DNA of 63,953 nt, from positions 1 through 63,953 of the IMG/VR virus record IMGVR_UViG_3300009081_000013; one strand, given 5' to 3'. Each line of letters starts with the position of its first letter. Positions within the stretch are counted from its first letter, which is position 1. Positions 26,150 through 36,878 of the stretch are shown in pieces. Below the pieces are notes generated by a model that was not told the origin of the DNA, searched no databases, and was given only the letters and a program-made list of their open reading frames with translations. Both the position numbers and the translations under genes were made by a program. Origin of the DNA: a virus (taxonomy: Duplodnaviria; Caudoviricetes).

Positions 26150-26566
26150 TTAGCTCCTCTTGGCAAAGCGCAGTTTCACAACCAAGTTCTTCGAGTTGCC
26201 TACGTTGGCTGCATTGGTGTTCGCAGTGGCTGCTATCCTCACCGTCAGCGTGTTGTCCACAGCAGGATAGTATCCAAGGTCTTCATGGCCGCTTTGTCTT
26301 TCCTCTGCACCGGCCGCACTGCGGTCACTGCCCAAAAACATGCGCCCGGCATTGGCACTGGTGATGTAGATGCGATACGCTGTGGTCGGAGGAGCGGCTC
26401 CGGGGGTGGTGATGATTTCTCGCAGCTCAAGTCCGGAGAGTCCAGCCAGCGCGGTGTCGGGGATTGTGCCGTTGGCACTGTCCGACACGCAGGTCAGCGT
26501 CACAATCCGCTCGATCTTTACTTTGCCCGGGTTGGTGGTGCGGGTTTGAACAACTGTGCCTGCCAT
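26150..26566 (-). CDS. putative virion structural protein
   Basis: AAGGAG RBS; beta-rich; lies between the ejection and fibre genes. Confidence 0.6.
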   Translation of the reverse strand: MAGTVVQTRTTNPGKVKIERIVTLTCVSDSANGTIPDTALAGLSGLELREIITTPGAAPPTTAYRIYITSANAGRMFLGSDRSAAGAEERQSGHEDLGYYPAVDNTLTVRIAATANTNAANVGNSKNLVVKLRFAKRS

Positions 26567-26568
26567 GA

Positions 26569-29500
26569 TTATCTCTCCTTATCTTGTCGTTTGTGCATCT
26601 CGGCGAGCGCATCGCCTGAGACAAATCCTTCTTGCATCATTTGATCGAGAAAATCTTGGAACTCATCGGGCGGCATTTCCATTGAGAACATGTCGAGGTA
26701 CATGCCACGCTTTTTATTGCTGCTCGCGTAGGACAGGGCGCGGATGCGCTCATCTTCTCTGCCACCGGTTTGAATTGCCCTGAACCACGTTTCGAACTTC
26801 TTGAACGTGTAGTCCTCTGGAAGCAGTCCTTTTTGCCGGAGGTTATCATAGAGCGGAAAACGGTCTTCCGTCTTTGTAGCGTAGCCGTTCTTGTTGATGA
26901 AACTGGTGATCTCTTTTTTGGCTTTGAGCTTGAGCGCCTTGTCTTCTTTGTCCATCGCTTCGCCCGCTTCGCGGTATCGCTCGGCGTGGCCGGCATCGGT
27001 GAGGGTGAAGACGGCGGTGGTGAGGTTAGGGCCAAAGGTGCGCAGCTTATCTTTGATTGGGTCAGGCTCTTTGTCGAGGTCGCCGGTTTGAAAGCGGTGG
27101 ATGACTGACAGGCCAAGTTGGTTGGAGGTGTGCTTGATCATCTCCTTCGCCGCGTCCCAGCCGCCCACTTCATACACATCTTTGGGAAGGACGTTGCCCC
27201 CGGTATGATCATTGACTGGGTTGTTCCCCATCAGGTAGTACTGAATCAAATCCCACCCGGCGGCAAGATACGGGCCAGTGCTGTAGGGGATTTTACCCCA
27301 TACGTCTTTAGCCACGCCCGCGGCGCCGATGCCAGGGAGATCATCAGTGACGCCTTCGACCAGCTTATAAAACACCGAGCCCCAGAACTGTCCTTCGTAG
27401 TCTTCGGGGATCAGGAGCGCCATGGAGTTACCCAAAGAGGAACTTCCTTTATAAGTCCAGGGCAAGGGGATGACTGAGTAAGCTGTTTTCTGGTATCGAG
27501 TCAGGCCATCCATCGCTTTTTTTACGTAGGGCATGAGCTTTTGGCCATATTCATGCTCGGCCGCGGCGTAAAGCGCCAGCTTCGGAAGCACATTATACAT
27601 CACCGTCTTCCAAATGTATGCAGACTTGTCCTCCTGGAAGGACTCCCACGCGGAGCGCAGACCCTCTTTGTTCACGTTGGAAAAGAGGAAGATGTTGTTG
27701 GTCAGGGCATGGATGTTGCGGCTGCCCTGGCGCTTGAAATCGGGTGTGCCAACGCGCGTGCGAACAACATGCCCGATCTCGGAGTCGGCGCGTGTGCCCA
27801 TCTCTTTGAGGAACTTGTAACCAGCAATCTTACCGCCGATTTCAGAAACGCGGCCCCATTTATCCAAGTTGCCATATTTGATCTTGCGGATGACGCGGTT
27901 TTCCGACTGTTCCATTTTGTGGATGCCACGCTTCAGCTTCTGCCAGATCTTGGCCGGCCCCGTAGCCTGTTCGTTTACGCCAGGATCAAACACCACACCC
28001 CATTCTTCTTTAAGGCGCATGATCTCGTTGTCGCTGTTTTGCTCTTTGGTGCCAAAGACTCGCTCGGCGGTGAGCATTTTTCCCGCCATCATGTCTTTGA
28101 TGTCCTGGCTGCGGTCGCTGTGCCACACGTCGCGCCATGCTTCACCGTAGGCTTTCTTGTACGCCCGGGCCAGCTTGGGCAGGTTTTTGATGCGCGCTTC
28201 GGGCAAGTTTTTGATAGTGGCGCGCACGTCACGCATGACGTTTCGAATCATCCAGATCGGGTTTTTGCTGACAAGCAAATCGCGCAGCGGGCGATGAAGC
28301 AGGCCGATGACTTCGGCAGCTTTGGTTGCTTCGACCGGGTTCCATTTAAACGAATCAGATATTTCTTTGTTGACGATGTAGTCAAAAGGCTTGCCATCGC
28401 GCATCACCGTGAGCAGGCCCTTGGTTTCATCTTTAGGGTCCTTGGCTTCACGGCGCTTGGTGATTGGGTTGTAAGTGGTTTCTTTGGCCGGCTCAATCAC
28501 GCCCGCGTCCATCAGCGCATCCACCATGCTGGTCTTGGCTTTGTTGATGTGGGCGGCGCGCAGCAGGCTCATGTCCTGCATGATGGTGGCGGTGAGCGGA
28601 TTCATGGCTTCGTCCAGCCCGCCGATCTGGTGGAAAATTCTGCCGGCTACGCCGGCGCCATGCTCCACCGTGATGTGCTTGACATAACTTACTTTGGCAT
28701 ATTCGCCGCGGGAATTGAGGATGTCCATCACCGCAGGGGTTGTCATGCCAGATTTGGCGATGCGGGGGAGCACCAGTTCTTCCCTGATCTTACGGTAGGC
28801 TTTGGACAGATCCTCAAGCTTGTTGTACTTGGCGTCGCCGATCTGACGTTTGAGCGCGTCGAGCACCCCCTGCGCCGTTTTGGCGTCCAGGCCGCCCGGG
28901 CTGAAAATGTCTTTACGGTTTTCGATGATGTGGCGGTTGAGCAGATAAGAGCCAAACTGTTTCACGTCCACACCCAGCTTGAGCAGCGGCTCGACGACTT
29001 CTTTGAGCGAAGCGTTGATGTAGTTGCTCACTTCGGATGCGATGTACTGAACTTCCTCCAGATCCGTCCTGGCCTTGCGCGCACGTTTGACCACATCTGG
29101 ATCGCTGGACTTTTCCATCTTGGCGACGTGCTTTAACATCTGCCGATTTTTGTCGATCAGCGCCGTGAACAAGGTGTCAGCGATTTCTTTGGGCGGGCGG
29201 AGCCCGGCTTTCTGCGCTTCGCGCAAAGCGGTGTCACCGCGCTCGAAACCTTCAACCTGATTGGCCAGGCGCCGATCACCGACCGCATCTGGCCCGCCGG
29301 CGTAAAGGTTGAGCACATCGTTGATTGCTTCGGAAAACTCTGGCCGCTCGGTGGCGTAGTTGTCCATGGCCCGGGCAAACGTCGGGGCGGTTTGGCGGAG
29401 CAGCTCGGGATCGTTCATCATCACCGACACCGCATCGGCGTAGAGTTCTTTGTCGCCGTAGCGGTAGGCAGTGTAATCCTCGTTCTGCTTGTCGTCGAAA

Positions 29501-31467
29501 GGTTTCCACTCTTTGGTCAGCGCTTTGAGTTCTTCCTTGATCTTCACCCGCTCGGCCGCCGTACTGTTTGGCATGGCGTTTGCCACACCGCCGGTGATCT
29601 TGGAGATGAAGTTCGGCAGTTTGCCTTTGATCTTGGCCATGCCGGGAAACCATTGGTCCCAGTGGCCAAGTTCGTGCATCAGTGTTTTGGTAGCGACGGT
29701 TGGATCTTTGCGATAAGCAAAAAAATCCGTCTCGCCGGTTTTGCGATTGTATTCTTTTGTGAACACCAGGCTCGCCGGATCGATCTTTACACTTTGCTTT
29801 GTCCGGTCCTGAAAATCCACAAACTTCTGATCGATGTCTGCCGCTTCTTCGGCGCGGGCTGTGGCTTTGTCCTGCGCCTTTGATTTTTTGGGTCGCACCG
29901 CTGCTGAGTTGATGCGATCGCCGATGGCCAGATCGGGGCGCAACACGATGTCGGAGGACTCGGCGTCGTATTCAAAGCGGCCGCGAGCGCGTGCATCTTT
30001 TACCACCTTTGGTACTTTGCCCTCATTAAGCTGCTTTACCATCTCGACAGCTTCAGGAAGCTGAATGCCATAAGGTGATTGCGGCCGGGGGGCGTAGGTG
30101 GAGGTCGCAGTGCCTTTGATCTGCGCCTTTGCACCAGTACGTGACTCATCGGCCGCCGACTCCATGTCATTTTCTACGGAGCGCTCTGTTCGTTTTTCCT
30201 GAACGGGCGACGTTTCTTGAACAGGAACATCCCGCCCGCCAAGAAACTCCGGCGTGTCAGGGCCGGCCGGCGGGGTCTGCTCAGGCATTGCCGACTCTTC
30301 ACCACCGAGAAACTCCGGCTTGTCGCTGGGGATCTTCGCCTCTTCAGCGATTTTATCCATCATACTTTCAAGATCGCCAACAACGTCGGCGGTGGCGTCC
30401 ACCCGGGCGTCTTCCTTGGCGGCCAGTTTGTTGTAGCCGGTGACGGCGCCTTTAACGCCCGCCGCCGCGCCGCCGAGCATGAGCCCCGCTACGCCGGCGA
30501 CCTTCGCCGCTTCTTTGGCGCTGGCTTTTGTCTCAGGCAAGCGCTTCTTGTATTCAGCCGTCCAGTCCTCGACTGAGCCGCCGGGGTTGTCGGCGTAGAC
30601 ATCGGCGGCTGCTTCCCAATATGATTGCGACACCTCTTCGCCAACTTCTGGCAGCACCAACTGAGGCACAGCCATGGCCCACTTGAGCACCTTGCCGCTC
30701 ACGCTCTTGGCAAACGGGCCGACCAGATCTTTCATCGCCCCAACCTGGAGCATGTTGCTGCCCTGCTCGATGGCGGTGGCGGGCAGCGCATTAAGCAGCG
30801 CCGCGTCCCGGGCCACCTGCGGGTCTTTGCCCTGCTTTTCATACTTGTCATACGACTGGCCATACATCGTCTGAAAGATCGCACCTGTGGCGGCCGGCTG
30901 CATACCGGGGATAAAGTTCATGGCCATGGGGATGGCTGTTGGCCCCACCGCCTTTACTGCTTTTTCAACCAGGCCCCCGACGCCCTCTGGATCGCCCGGG
31001 AGAAACTCCGGCATGTCCTTGGCGAACGTGTCGGCAGCTTTCTGATCAGAGCGCAGCTTATCCTGGATGAATTTATACATCGCCGGCCGCTGCTGGTCTT
31101 CGGGCAGCTCGGCGGCGATCTCTCCCCATTCTGCTTTATCCGATTCGGACAGCCGGGCAAAATAGCGCGCCATGGTTTCCGGCTGGCCGGGGGCGCCTGT
31201 GGGTGCTGCGGCGTTGCGCTGAGCAGAATCAGCCATGCCGCCTATCTGGGCGCCAAAGGCTTGGGCAGCAGAGCCCGCACCCTGCGCCACGGAGCGGCCA
31301 GCCTGGGATGCCAAGCGGTCGAGGGAAAACTCAGGCGTGCCTTGACGGATCGAGAACATGTGCTCGTCCGCGATTTCATCCATCGTCGCATCGAACGCAT
31401 CCACGGGGGCTTTACGGCCAGAACTCTCCCGCTCTATTTCGTCAAACAAGTCGTCGAGCTGGGTCAT
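26569..31467 (-). CDS. large internal virion/ejection protein (polyvalent-like, zincin HExxH motif)
   Basis: 1632 aa; LMHELGH...ELYAD; C-terminal DFKRQG...LFSN region resembles LPD38-type domains; synteny. Confidence 0.75.
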   Translation of the reverse strand: MTQLDDLFDEIERESSGRKAPVDAFDATMDEIADEHMFSIRQGTPEFSLDRLASQAGRSVAQGAGSAAQAFGAQIGGMADSAQRNAAAPTGAPGQPETMARYFARLSESDKAEWGEIAAELPEDQQRPAMYKFIQDKLRSDQKAADTFAKDMPEFLPGDPEGVGGLVEKAVKAVGPTAIPMAMNFIPGMQPAATGAIFQTMYGQSYDKYEKQGKDPQVARDAALLNALPATAIEQGSNMLQVGAMKDLVGPFAKSVSGKVLKWAMAVPQLVLPEVGEEVSQSYWEAAADVYADNPGGSVEDWTAEYKKRLPETKASAKEAAKVAGVAGLMLGGAAAGVKGAVTGYNKLAAKEDARVDATADVVGDLESMMDKIAEEAKIPSDKPEFLGGEESAMPEQTPPAGPDTPEFLGGRDVPVQETSPVQEKRTERSVENDMESAADESRTGAKAQIKGTATSTYAPRPQSPYGIQLPEAVEMVKQLNEGKVPKVVKDARARGRFEYDAESSDIVLRPDLAIGDRINSAAVRPKKSKAQDKATARAEEAADIDQKFVDFQDRTKQSVKIDPASLVFTKEYNRKTGETDFFAYRKDPTVATKTLMHELGHWDQWFPGMAKIKGKLPNFISKITGGVANAMPNSTAAERVKIKEELKALTKEWKPFDDKQNEDYTAYRYGDKELYADAVSVMMNDPELLRQTAPTFARAMDNYATERPEFSEAINDVLNLYAGGPDAVGDRRLANQVEGFERGDTALREAQKAGLRPPKEIADTLFTALIDKNRQMLKHVAKMEKSSDPDVVKRARKARTDLEEVQYIASEVSNYINASLKEVVEPLLKLGVDVKQFGSYLLNRHIIENRKDIFSPGGLDAKTAQGVLDALKRQIGDAKYNKLEDLSKAYRKIREELVLPRIAKSGMTTPAVMDILNSRGEYAKVSYVKHITVEHGAGVAGRIFHQIGGLDEAMNPLTATIMQDMSLLRAAHINKAKTSMVDALMDAGVIEPAKETTYNPITKRREAKDPKDETKGLLTVMRDGKPFDYIVNKEISDSFKWNPVEATKAAEVIGLLHRPLRDLLVSKNPIWMIRNVMRDVRATIKNLPEARIKNLPKLARAYKKAYGEAWRDVWHSDRSQDIKDMMAGKMLTAERVFGTKEQNSDNEIMRLKEEWGVVFDPGVNEQATGPAKIWQKLKRGIHKMEQSENRVIRKIKYGNLDKWGRVSEIGGKIAGYKFLKEMGTRADSEIGHVVRTRVGTPDFKRQGSRNIHALTNNIFLFSNVNKEGLRSAWESFQEDKSAYIWKTVMYNVLPKLALYAAAEHEYGQKLMPYVKKAMDGLTRYQKTAYSVIPLPWTYKGSSSLGNSMALLIPEDYEGQFWGSVFYKLVEGVTDDLPGIGAAGVAKDVWGKIPYSTGPYLAAGWDLIQYYLMGNNPVNDHTGGNVLPKDVYEVGGWDAAKEMIKHTSNQLGLSVIHRFQTGDLDKEPDPIKDKLRTFGPNLTTAVFTLTDAGHAERYREAGEAMDKEDKALKLKAKKEITSFINKNGYATKTEDRFPLYDNLRQKGLLPEDYTFKKFETWFRAIQTGGREDERIRALSYASSNKKRGMYLDMFSMEMPPDEFQDFLDQMMQEGFVSGDALAEMHKRQDKER

Positions 31468-32564
31468 TTACCCTTCGCTTTCTTTTGCTCGTACAGCGCT
31501 CGGGCGCGGGCCTTCACCGCCGGCGTCACAGGCTCGCCTTCTTTCCAACCTGTCTCCATCATCAGCGCCTTGACCTCTTCTTTAGAGGGCAAGCCGTCCA
31601 TCTCTTTGGGAGCGTCTTTGGCGGTGCGCACCGATGGCGCCGGGCCTTTCTTTGCCGTCTCGTCAGGCATGGGCACAGTGGCGGCTTCACTCAGCGGCCC
31701 GCGGCCGGGGAGGTAGCCTTTACGCCGGGCGTCTTCAATGAACTGATCATAGGGCTTTTCCGCCAGGCGCTGCTCGTTGGCTTTCTTCTCCTCATCTGAC
31801 AGCCCCACCCACCGAGGTGAATAAGGCTCGATGTACCGAACACTGTTCTTCCACGCTTTATCCACCTGGGGCTCGGAGTACCAAGAGTCACCGATCTCAA
31901 TCTTGCCGGCGTCGAGCAGCTTCTGCCGACGGTCCTCGGGTGTGTCACCGCCCCCGCTGGAGCCCTCGGTGGACAACACACGAATGCGGTTAAGGATTTC
32001 CTGGTGGCGCGGCGATCCTTCGGGGTAGTCCTTGAGCTTGTCCTGTAACCGGATGATCTCAGGATCGGCTTGTTCTTTCCGACTGGTGAGCATCTCAATG
32101 CGTGCTTGCAGTTGCGCCCGCTGTGGAGAATCTTCCGGCAGCCGGTCCATGTAGCGCTGCAACCGCACGATCTCTGGCACATCCTTTTCCACCAACGGGT
32201 CAGGCGCCAAATCCTGCTGCATCTTGAGCATCTGGCCAGTGACGAGTTTTTGCTGAAGCGTCAAATTAGGATTGGACATCACCGACTGCATGCGCGCCTG
32301 CGCCGTAGCCGGATCAGACGCAACTGCCTGCGGATCTTGCGGCAGATTCATCGAAATGCCTTCGGCCCCAGGGATCTGGTTATCATTCGGGTTGGTGCCA
32401 AGCAGCTCTGCGAGCAACTGCTCCTGCTCGCGCTTCTTCTGTTCTTCTTGGGTTTTCATGTAAGAGCTGAGCAGCCCAGCCAATGCTTGCTGTGTGCTGC
32501 CCGCAGGCCCGCCGAAAGGATCTTTGGTCATTCCACCAAATTGAATTACTGGCATTAGAACCAA
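31464..32564 (-). CDS. putative ejection protein
   Basis: Gln/charged helical protein with an internal repeat (PEIVRLQ/PEIIRLQ); synteny. Confidence 0.6.
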   Translation of the reverse strand: MVLMPVIQFGGMTKDPFGGPAGSTQQALAGLLSSYMKTQEEQKKREQEQLLAELLGTNPNDNQIPGAEGISMNLPQDPQAVASDPATAQARMQSVMSNPNLTLQQKLVTGQMLKMQQDLAPDPLVEKDVPEIVRLQRYMDRLPEDSPQRAQLQARIEMLTSRKEQADPEIIRLQDKLKDYPEGSPRHQEILNRIRVLSTEGSSGGGDTPEDRRQKLLDAGKIEIGDSWYSEPQVDKAWKNSVRYIEPYSPRWVGLSDEEKKANEQRLAEKPYDQFIEDARRKGYLPGRGPLSEAATVPMPDETAKKGPAPSVRTAKDAPKEMDGLPSKEEVKALMMETGWKEGEPVTPAVKARARALYEQKKAKGK

Positions 32565-33367
32565 TCCTCTATTTTACTGAGTATTCCTTGAATGGGGTCC
32601 GAAATAAACCCGATCACATCTCCAACACCTTCATCGCCAAAGACTTTCTCCCCGATATTACTCCACGTGTCATTTCCGACCCACGAACGTATCGGATCGG
32701 CCCAGTAGTCGGCTGCGGCGGGCAGGCGCTTTAGCGCCGTGTCCCAGTCGGAGTTGTTCACAGCGGCGTCGAACTCTTCACCGACGGTAGGATCCCAACC
32801 AAGCTTATCATGGCCCCAAGCGAGCCAAGGCTCTGTGGCAAACGATGGGTTCCAGCCACCGTCGCCAATGCCGGTGAACACGTTGCCGGTCTTCTGGCCG
32901 TCCACGACGGTGTCCGTGTTGTTGGATGCGGCGAGCTGTGCGCCAATGGCTGCGGCGATGTAGGCAACCGGGGCTGCTGCGGCCATACCGCCGCCCGATC
33001 CCCCCGCGCCCCCGGCGCCTGCGCCGCCTCCTGCGCCTCCGCCGCTGAGCCCGCCAGAGAACTGCCCCCCACCCAAGCCGCCGCTAATGCCTGAAGTCTC
33101 CCCGCCCATCGCGCCCATGCCGCCGGAGAACTCTCCAGTGGCGCCGACACCCACTGCCGGCCCGCCACCGGATGACGTTGTGGTGCCAGACGGCTGCGCA
33201 CTCTGCCCCTGCATCTGGTCCATGATGTCCTGGACCTGATCGTAGCTGGGCTGGTTGTCCTTTTTCTCCCGCTGATCGTAAGTCGGTTGTTCCTGCTCAA
33301 AGGCGTAGGTGCCTTGGTCACCCCGGGTCAGTTCTTCGATCATTTGCTGGATTTCATAGTCAGTCAT
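32555..33367 (-). CDS. Gly-rich putative ejection protein
   Basis: Gly tract followed by a hydrophobic helix; synteny. Confidence 0.6.
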   Translation of the reverse strand: MTDYEIQQMIEELTRGDQGTYAFEQEQPTYDQREKKDNQPSYDQVQDIMDQMQGQSAQPSGTTTSSGGGPAVGVGATGEFSGGMGAMGGETSGISGGLGGGQFSGGLSGGGAGGGAGAGGAGGSGGGMAAAAPVAYIAAAIGAQLAASNNTDTVVDGQKTGNVFTGIGDGGWNPSFATEPWLAWGHDKLGWDPTVGEEFDAAVNNSDWDTALKRLPAAADYWADPIRSWVGNDTWSNIGEKVFGDEGVGDVIGFISDPIQGILSKIEDWF

Positions 33368-33376
33368 CGGTGCTCC

Positions 33377-34354
33377 CTACTTCTTCCACAAGCTGCTGAA
33401 ATCCGTTCCGCTGGCGGAGCCCATGATGGTCTGAAGCAAGCCACTCTGCTGCGTCGGGCCTTGGACAATGGGGCTGAAAGCAGAGGTGCCAAGCGTGCTC
33501 GGAAGCAAATTGAGCCAGGGGTTATTGTACGCCTGCTGAGACAACCACTGGTTGTAATCTCCTGTCGCCTGCGCCTGGTTGATCCCGTACTGCGTGCCGC
33601 CCACGTTCTGGCCCTGTGTGAGCATGGCCATGAGTTGATCGAAGGGCTGCTGCTGCGTGGAGTTGGCCAAGCCCGGCACCTGCGCTGTGCGACTCAAATC
33701 CGCCTGGCCGGCGTTGAACACATTGTTGGTGTAATTGGCATTGGCCGTGTTCTGCGCGCCGGTTTGTGCCATGCCAGCGGAGAACTTGTTGGCGTCAAAG
33801 CCCTGCTTTTCCCCGTAGAGCGCATTGGCGAGCTGGGAGTTGAGCCCTGTCATCATGTCTTCGGCGGAGCCAGCAATAGCACGATTGGCCGCGCCGGACG
33901 ACCCGGCGTTGTTGGCGATGAATTTTTCCTGCACCGCCGGGGCGACGTTTTTCTCCCAATTCTGCATGGCGGGATTGACCAGCGCGTTCTGATACCACTC
34001 CTGCACCGCGGCCGGATCAAACTCACCCACATCGTAGCCGGCCACCTCTTGTTGCTGGATGCTGTTGGGGTCCGTGCCGGCCATCAACTTTTGAATAGCC
34101 TTAAGTGATGTCTGGTTCTGCGTCGGGTTGTTGCCAAGCAGACTTTGCATCTTGGCAAAAACATCCTGCTGGATACCCGTCGGCCCGGTAGTGGTCGTCC
34201 CCTGGTAACCCTGCACCCCTTCGCCAAGCTGCTCACCGAGCATGCCGCTGAGCTGATCAAGCAGCTCTCGCTGGCCTTTGGTAAGGGTTTGAGCATTGCC
34301 GGTTTGCTTCGCGTCTTCGGAATCGCCCAACAAAAAATCGCCTACACCACCCAT
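33377..34354 (-). CDS. DNA pilot/ejection protein
   Basis: Q/N/G/A-rich; MGG start directly after the GNAT gene, as in podoviral modules. Confidence 0.65.
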   Translation of the reverse strand: MGGVGDFLLGDSEDAKQTGNAQTLTKGQRELLDQLSGMLGEQLGEGVQGYQGTTTTGPTGIQQDVFAKMQSLLGNNPTQNQTSLKAIQKLMAGTDPNSIQQQEVAGYDVGEFDPAAVQEWYQNALVNPAMQNWEKNVAPAVQEKFIANNAGSSGAANRAIAGSAEDMMTGLNSQLANALYGEKQGFDANKFSAGMAQTGAQNTANANYTNNVFNAGQADLSRTAQVPGLANSTQQQPFDQLMAMLTQGQNVGGTQYGINQAQATGDYNQWLSQQAYNNPWLNLLPSTLGTSAFSPIVQGPTQQSGLLQTIMGSASGTDFSSLWKK

Positions 34355-34356
34355 GT

Positions 34357-34797
34357 CTACTCCTCCAATTCCATAACGGTCATTTCAGAACGCTTCAGAC
34401 CGACTCGCTCAAAAGCTTTCGGGCTACGTGTTGCGAGCGTCAGCTTGGCCGCGCCAACTTCACGCATGAGTTTTTTCCCGATGTTTTTTGCTTCAGACAA
34501 AATACCCCTGTTCTGGTACTCTTTATCCACCGAGAGCATGTGGCAATGCAGCACCCGGGTGATCGGGTTGAGCGTAAACCACATAAACCCTTTGATGATA
34601 TGCTCATGGTCGGCGAACACCCCGATGAAGTTGATCGACCAAAAACTCTCGGAGCTGCTGGCTGCTTTGAGCACATTATACAGCCGATCAATGTCGGGCA
34701 CCGCGGGTTTTATCTGCTCTATCAGATACCTGGGAAGCAGGGCGGCGTCATTTACGGGAGTGTAGCGAAGTCCTGTACCTTTTTTCATATGCCTCAC
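34357..34797 (-). CDS. GNAT-fold protein of the virion module
   Basis: LSVDKEYQNRGI acetyl-CoA motif A; AFERVG. Confidence 0.75.
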   Translation of the reverse strand: MRHMKKGTGLRYTPVNDAALLPRYLIEQIKPAVPDIDRLYNVLKAASSSESFWSINFIGVFADHEHIIKGFMWFTLNPITRVLHCHMLSVDKEYQNRGILSEAKNIGKKLMREVGAAKLTLATRSPKAFERVGLKRSEMTVMELEE

Positions 34798-35030
34798 GCT
34801 GGGGGTGGGTGTGAGTTGTGAACGTCATAGCGCGTCTTGAGCGTTTGCACCTCGGCGTTGAGCCGATTGATGGTGTCCGCGATATCGGCGTAGGACCGAT
34901 CAAGATAAAGCACCAGGAGCCGGAAATACTCTTGTAGAACTTCGGGTCTGGCGTTGCGAACATCACGCAGCGCTTCGGCGACAGCTTCAGGTTTCCAAGG
35001 AACATTTGCAGAAGTAGGCAGTGTTGGCAT
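34794..35030 (-). CDS. small structural/hypothetical protein
   Basis: Coupled overlaps on both sides; short coiled coil. Confidence 0.55.
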   Translation of the reverse strand: MPTLPTSANVPWKPEAVAEALRDVRNARPEVLQEYFRLLVLYLDRSYADIADTINRLNAEVQTLKTRYDVHNSHPPPA

Positions 35031-36817
35031 TAAATAGCCCCTGTCGGCTTAAAGTACGGAACAACCGCGTGAATCTTTACCGGCTGATCCGCCTCGTTGT
35101 TATAAAAGCGCACCCGGTGAAACTCTCCCTCGGCGCCGGCATAAAACCGCAGCCACACTTTGCTGTCTGCAACCTCGGGGGCGTCATCCCCACAAGCTTC
35201 GGTTTGCGTGACATATGGCGCAGCTTCGTGATTGATGTAAAAAGCAAGTTGAAGATTTATGTCCGGATTGCGGTCCACCAAAAGATCCACCCAGCCGAGA
35301 CGTGCCAGCCGACCATTTTTGGCGTAAGGATTCCAGCGGCCGGTAAAAATGTCCATCTCAATCGGATCGCCGTCATCATCTTCGCCGGTGTTTACTGTCC
35401 ACACGTAGCCCGACGAATCGCCGCCGATCGTTGTCGGGTAGCTGGCCTGAATTGACACATCGTCAAAAGAGGTGGTGATGTCGTCCAGTACTTCGGTGAT
35501 GTCGTCCAGAATAAGTCCTGTTTGGCCCACCTTGTAGTACCCATACACGTTATAGCCAAAGCTGTACTCGCTCCACGCTTTATCATCATAGTTGTAAACC
35601 GCGGACCAATCATTTACAGTGGAGCCGATTTTTGGGTACGAGAGGAGCGCCTGACGCAACTCGGTGGACACGATAGCGTAGGTAAGCCCAAAGTTGGTGT
35701 GATCAATCGATGCTGCAAGATCCGGCACTTTTTCATCGATGGCATAGACCTGCAAACCATCTGTCTCGTTGATGCTGGTTTCTCCGACTGCGCCCATTTT
35801 GTCGCCATAATTAAAACCGGAGTAGGGGCTGTACGCTCCATCCACACCGCTGATTCGTTCCCAACGAAACGGAAGCTCCGAGTCGCCGGTATAACGCAGA
35901 CGCCAGGTGGATTGCTGGAAAAACACAACCAAATCGTCTTTGACAAAATCGGCTGCGATGATCCACTCGTTGGTGGGACAGTCCACGTACCCATCGTTGG
36001 TCCAATCATCCGGATCGCCGGCGACGCACCACCTCGCCCGCTGGGGAAAGAACGTGCCATCTTCAGTGGTTCGCAGCGCCACCAGACGCTCTTTGTATAG
36101 CAGGATCAGCAGACAGCTATCGATGTCCGTGCCGTCACCGAGATCCGTGGTGACAGCGGAAAACGCTGTGCCGTTGTAACTTTGGAGAGGATCATTGTTG
36201 TTGGTGACAAAGAGCCGACCTTGGTAATTGGCGCCCCAAAACAAATCTTCCGCTGCGCCAGTCCAAATGTTCGTGGTCCCGATCGCTTTTAGCTCACTGT
36301 CGGTTTCGTCATAATAAGCTGCGCGCTTAGTGTCGAACACAACCAAAGCCGACGTGCCAGCGGTGTTGTCTTGATGGCCCTCGATACCCACGATCGGATA
36401 GCCTGGGTAGTGGGAGTAGGCAACAGTGACCGCAGCTGTTGTGTTGCCTGAAAACGTGATGTCGAACACGCCAGTTGTGTAATTGATCGTGCCGGTGCCG
36501 TCGCCAGAGAGCGTGCCATCGCCATCATCGGTGATGACAAGCGTAGCGTCTGTGAACTCAACAGAGCCAATCTGCACAGGTAGATGCGCGAGCGTGCCTG
36601 TGTAGTTATCCGTGCCCAGCGCGCCCACCGCTTCAGCGGCAACGCCGTGTGGCATACGTGCAAATTCTGCACGACCTCGCCGCTTGGTGATCACCCCGCG
36701 CCGCAGGTAACAATTTTTCATCGTGGTGTAGGCTTCGCTCGGTGCAAGCCAAGGCTCTACGCCCAGCTCGACACCATAGCGGAAGTTTCCAACGAGAAAG
36801 GGGGTGTACCCGGCCAT
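35030..36817 (-). CDS. tail nozzle/DNA stabilization protein (P22 gp10/T7 gp12-like position)
   Basis: N.Y.RRGVITKRRG N-terminal motif; beta-propeller-like pattern (YKERLV, RARWC..GDP..W); synteny. Confidence 0.72.
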   Translation of the reverse strand: MAGYTPFLVGNFRYGVELGVEPWLAPSEAYTTMKNCYLRRGVITKRRGRAEFARMPHGVAAEAVGALGTDNYTGTLAHLPVQIGSVEFTDATLVITDDGDGTLSGDGTGTINYTTGVFDITFSGNTTAAVTVAYSHYPGYPIVGIEGHQDNTAGTSALVVFDTKRAAYYDETDSELKAIGTTNIWTGAAEDLFWGANYQGRLFVTNNNDPLQSYNGTAFSAVTTDLGDGTDIDSCLLILLYKERLVALRTTEDGTFFPQRARWCVAGDPDDWTNDGYVDCPTNEWIIAADFVKDDLVVFFQQSTWRLRYTGDSELPFRWERISGVDGAYSPYSGFNYGDKMGAVGETSINETDGLQVYAIDEKVPDLAASIDHTNFGLTYAIVSTELRQALLSYPKIGSTVNDWSAVYNYDDKAWSEYSFGYNVYGYYKVGQTGLILDDITEVLDDITTSFDDVSIQASYPTTIGGDSSGYVWTVNTGEDDDGDPIEMDIFTGRWNPYAKNGRLARLGWVDLLVDRNPDINLQLAFYINHEAAPYVTQTEACGDDAPEVADSKVWLRFYAGAEGEFHRVRFYNNEADQPVKIHAVVPYFKPTGAI

Positions 36818-36878
36818 AAAATTCCTATTGACAAATTGCCAAGTTTATGCACATTGTTGGCGAAAAAGGAGAACCGCC

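Noticed and set aside
27541-29136. 531-aa + strand ORF and other long antisense ORFs (e.g. 5748..7007, 39662..40852, 30625..31716)
   Set aside because: They are shadows of well-supported genes on the opposite strand, expected at this GC content, and show no recognisable motifs.
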